Below, one piece after another: positions 61,482-64,000 of a stretch of DNA of 64,000 nt (positions within the stretch are counted from its first letter, which is position 1; each line of letters opens with the position of its first letter). Source of the stretch: Botryllus schlosseri (lineage: Eukaryota); the NCBI GenBank assembly GCA_051294905.1, contig CM119386.1, positions 11,222,001-11,286,000 of the forward strand, written 5' to 3'. Below the pieces are notes generated by a model. It ran no database searches. It was not told where the DNA came from and saw only the letters and a program-made list of their open reading frames with translations. Both the position numbers and the translations under genes were made by a program.

Positions 61482-63843
61482 CTACCGATCGGCTGTCTTT
61501 TTCGGGCCTGACATCAGCGGATATGGATTATACAACCCAAACGGGAACATAAAAGGACTAGGGCCACCGGGCGAGGGAAATATCGATCCGTGTGTCGAAT
61601 TGGAATAATGTTCTGTCGCGTTAGGTAGCAACATTTGATGCGGTAAACTTGTTGGTAACGTGGAAAAGGCAGCTCCAAGATGCGGAGGCATTACGGCTCT
61701 GGCTTCACATCCGAAAGTAGTAGGTCCGCGTAGTCTCGTGGCTCCAATATCAAATGATTTCATTGTCATGTCCCATGGGCGGACATAGCTGTTGCAAGAA
61801 TACGGAGGGTTTCGGAGTATTCTGCTTGGCAGGCCTTCGCCGTCCATCGTCTTAGCTGCGTTTAATTTTGCAATTTCATTTACCGGTACAGAGTTAGATA
61901 ACTCCGACCATTGAGGCGGTAATTGGAATCGAAATCCGTTATGGTCTGCACCAGTCTTCAAGGCTGAATTGGATTCTTGATGCGCCATCGGCTCGTTTGC
62001 GGATAGGAAGTGTTCTATGGTTTTCACGACATCACCGTTACAGCCTTGTAATACCAGGCCTAGCACGTTCGACTTCTGGGTGGGAAACAACCTTTTTAAA
62101 ATCTCTAGTTGACTCAACCTTCCCGGTCGAAACGACGGGGCCATGATACTTGATAAACTTATTGAGGCCGCGTTAGCGTCATCTCCGCTGGATTTTCTCG
62201 GTCTTTTAGCGGACGGCTCCGTGGTATCATTACTGTATGCTGGTCTTTTCTCTCTGCCGCCGCTTGCAGGCTCGTTGGTTGATTCGGAATTAGATACAAT
62301 TGATTTCTGTTCGTCTGCAACATAAGATAGTAGTATATCGTTAGTCAGGTGGTGGAGTCGCTTGTGGGCTGCAGCTACGTAGGTTACACTGGTTTGCGCA
62401 TTGATCTCAATGATTGTCAGCATGCTGTTAGCACGTCCAATTGCCCAGACGCTGTAGTTTCTAATCAAGCTATATTGTAAGACTATTGATATAGATGCCG
62501 AGATCAAAGTGAAAATGCGTAAAATACACAATCAGCTGTCAACTCATGTTATATGAATGTTCGACCACATGACAGATGAGATAGTCGGCTAGTATTTCGC
62601 TCCTGAGATGCTATCACTGATTTGAAACGGCGTCAAAATTTCAAATTGGAATTCTCAAGTGTGAGAAACCCATTGATGTTTAAATATTAGCCGATAATTC
62701 GCGGTCTATCATGATTCAAACATTGTCCTTTGATAGGTACATTGTTGACCCGTTACTTTTCCAAACAATTTCTTAATAGAATCCAATATGTATCTAAGGT
62801 AAAACGTTGTAGGCATGTGATGCCATGTCCTGATCCACAAAAACAGTGACATTTAGACTAATGATGTGAGAATCGAATATTTTACCGTTTTCTGTTTGCT
62901 CCTGCGTGTCGCTGTCGAAGTCTGCGTCTGACTCCCCTTGCCGTTGATCAGATAATTCGTCTGATGGGAAGATAGGGCCGGCTTCTAAATACGCGCTTGA
63001 TGATGTGCTGGTCGGCGCGTTCGCCGCTCGTATTCCGAGTGCAATAGCGTCTTCTGCAGCTTGCTGCCTCTTCAAAGCGACCTAAACCGAGTATTGAATG
63101 CTTACACCTATCCTGCCGCCATTTTTTAGTATTACACTAGTGACTAGTAGTATGGGTTATAAATTATGAGTATATAAACTACCCGCACCCTTCGATATAG
63201 GCTTACATATGTAACAATTGTAACATATCTGTGATATATGTGCCTTGTTCAATGCTCATGCTCATTGCTCAGCTTGCGATTCTACGACGAGAATTGATAA
63301 ACTTGACTTTTTAATGTAAATATGCGTCTATTACACTACACCCAAGCACAAGGCACCAAATGAGATGATCAATTGATCATGGACTTGGGTTTGGTTTTGG
63401 AAAAACGATTGATCCGCCTTGGGTCCATGACTTTCTGGAGCTAGATTTGGAGTTGGGCCTATAGGATTATACACACTTTATAATTTTCATTCGACTTTTG
63501 AATTATATACAGTCATTCCTGGATATGGATATTGAATATATAAGACAAAGTAAATTCATGCTTTGAATTTTGACTTGAAGTCGAACAGCAAATTCGTCGA
63601 TGCTCGTAAAAATGGTCATCACAAAATATAGAATCTGTCAGTTCTCACCTGCGCCGCCATGACTCTTTGCCGTTCGGCGATTAAATTGCATTTCGCGCAC
63701 ATGCAGTCTCTGTACGGGCAGTGCCGTTTGTGACCTTTCAACCAGGATATCACGCCGTGGTTCCGGCACCGAGCGCATTTCGGCTTTCTGGCGCCCCGAT
63801 CCGTTGTCGGATAGGACATAATACCACTCATTCCTTGATCCAT
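61482..63843 (-). CDS. dmrt93B: DM-domain transcription factor with DMA domain, Dmrt93B type, 3 exons, 407 aa
   Basis: Exons 63843-63649, 63081-62886, 62314-61482 (1224 nt, consistent phases). DM domain [63 protein letters not shown]; DMA domain [35 protein letters not shown]. The DMRT family call is certain; the subfamily rests on recalled diagnostic residues. Confidence 0.88.
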
Positions 63844-64000
63844 CTTATATCAATTAAGATATAATTCTGCGAAACATAATAGAAATAAATAAAGACGTGC
63901 AATTAATTTAAAATCTGGCGGAGGAAACCTGAGCAACATCATATAGTTGTAAATTGATTGAAATTACGGAAGTCTATATCAATTTTACATATATGTATAG

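Overview
AT-rich eukaryotic (animal) genomic DNA. The short introns, KAP3 exon phases and TE content would fit a marine invertebrate such as an ascidian, but that is a low-confidence inference. Four spliced genes could be rebuilt by hand with consistent splice phases. (1) An uncharacterised four-TM MS4A/CD20-like gene (minus, 6 exons, 16090-2500). (2) Kinesin-associated protein 3 (minus, 19 exons, 37727-24745, 796 aa), with an AT-AC U12-type intron. (3) An SLC10A sodium/bile-acid-symporter-family gene (plus, 7 exons, 44561-52268). (4) A Dmrt93B-type DM+DMA transcription factor (minus, 3 exons, 63843-61482). The rest is dense in TEs. There is an intact, compact Ty3/Gypsy element with identical 138-bp LTRs, a 5-bp TSD and a non-canonical primer-binding site. 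Three Penelope-like (GIY-YIG) insertions with TSDs, two of them long fold-back palindromes, together carry five minimal type I hammerhead ribozyme motifs. Also present are CR1/L2-group LINE 3' ends, many hAT MITEs (some nested three deep), MULE-like MITEs and minisatellites. The leads most worth following are the hammerhead-bearing Penelope fold-backs inside introns, the Gypsy PBS that matches a tRNA 5' end rather than a 3' CCA end, the AT-AC intron, the four-TM gene that the ORF track does not assemble, and Dmrt93B. All coordinates and translations were read by eye; no database searches were run.
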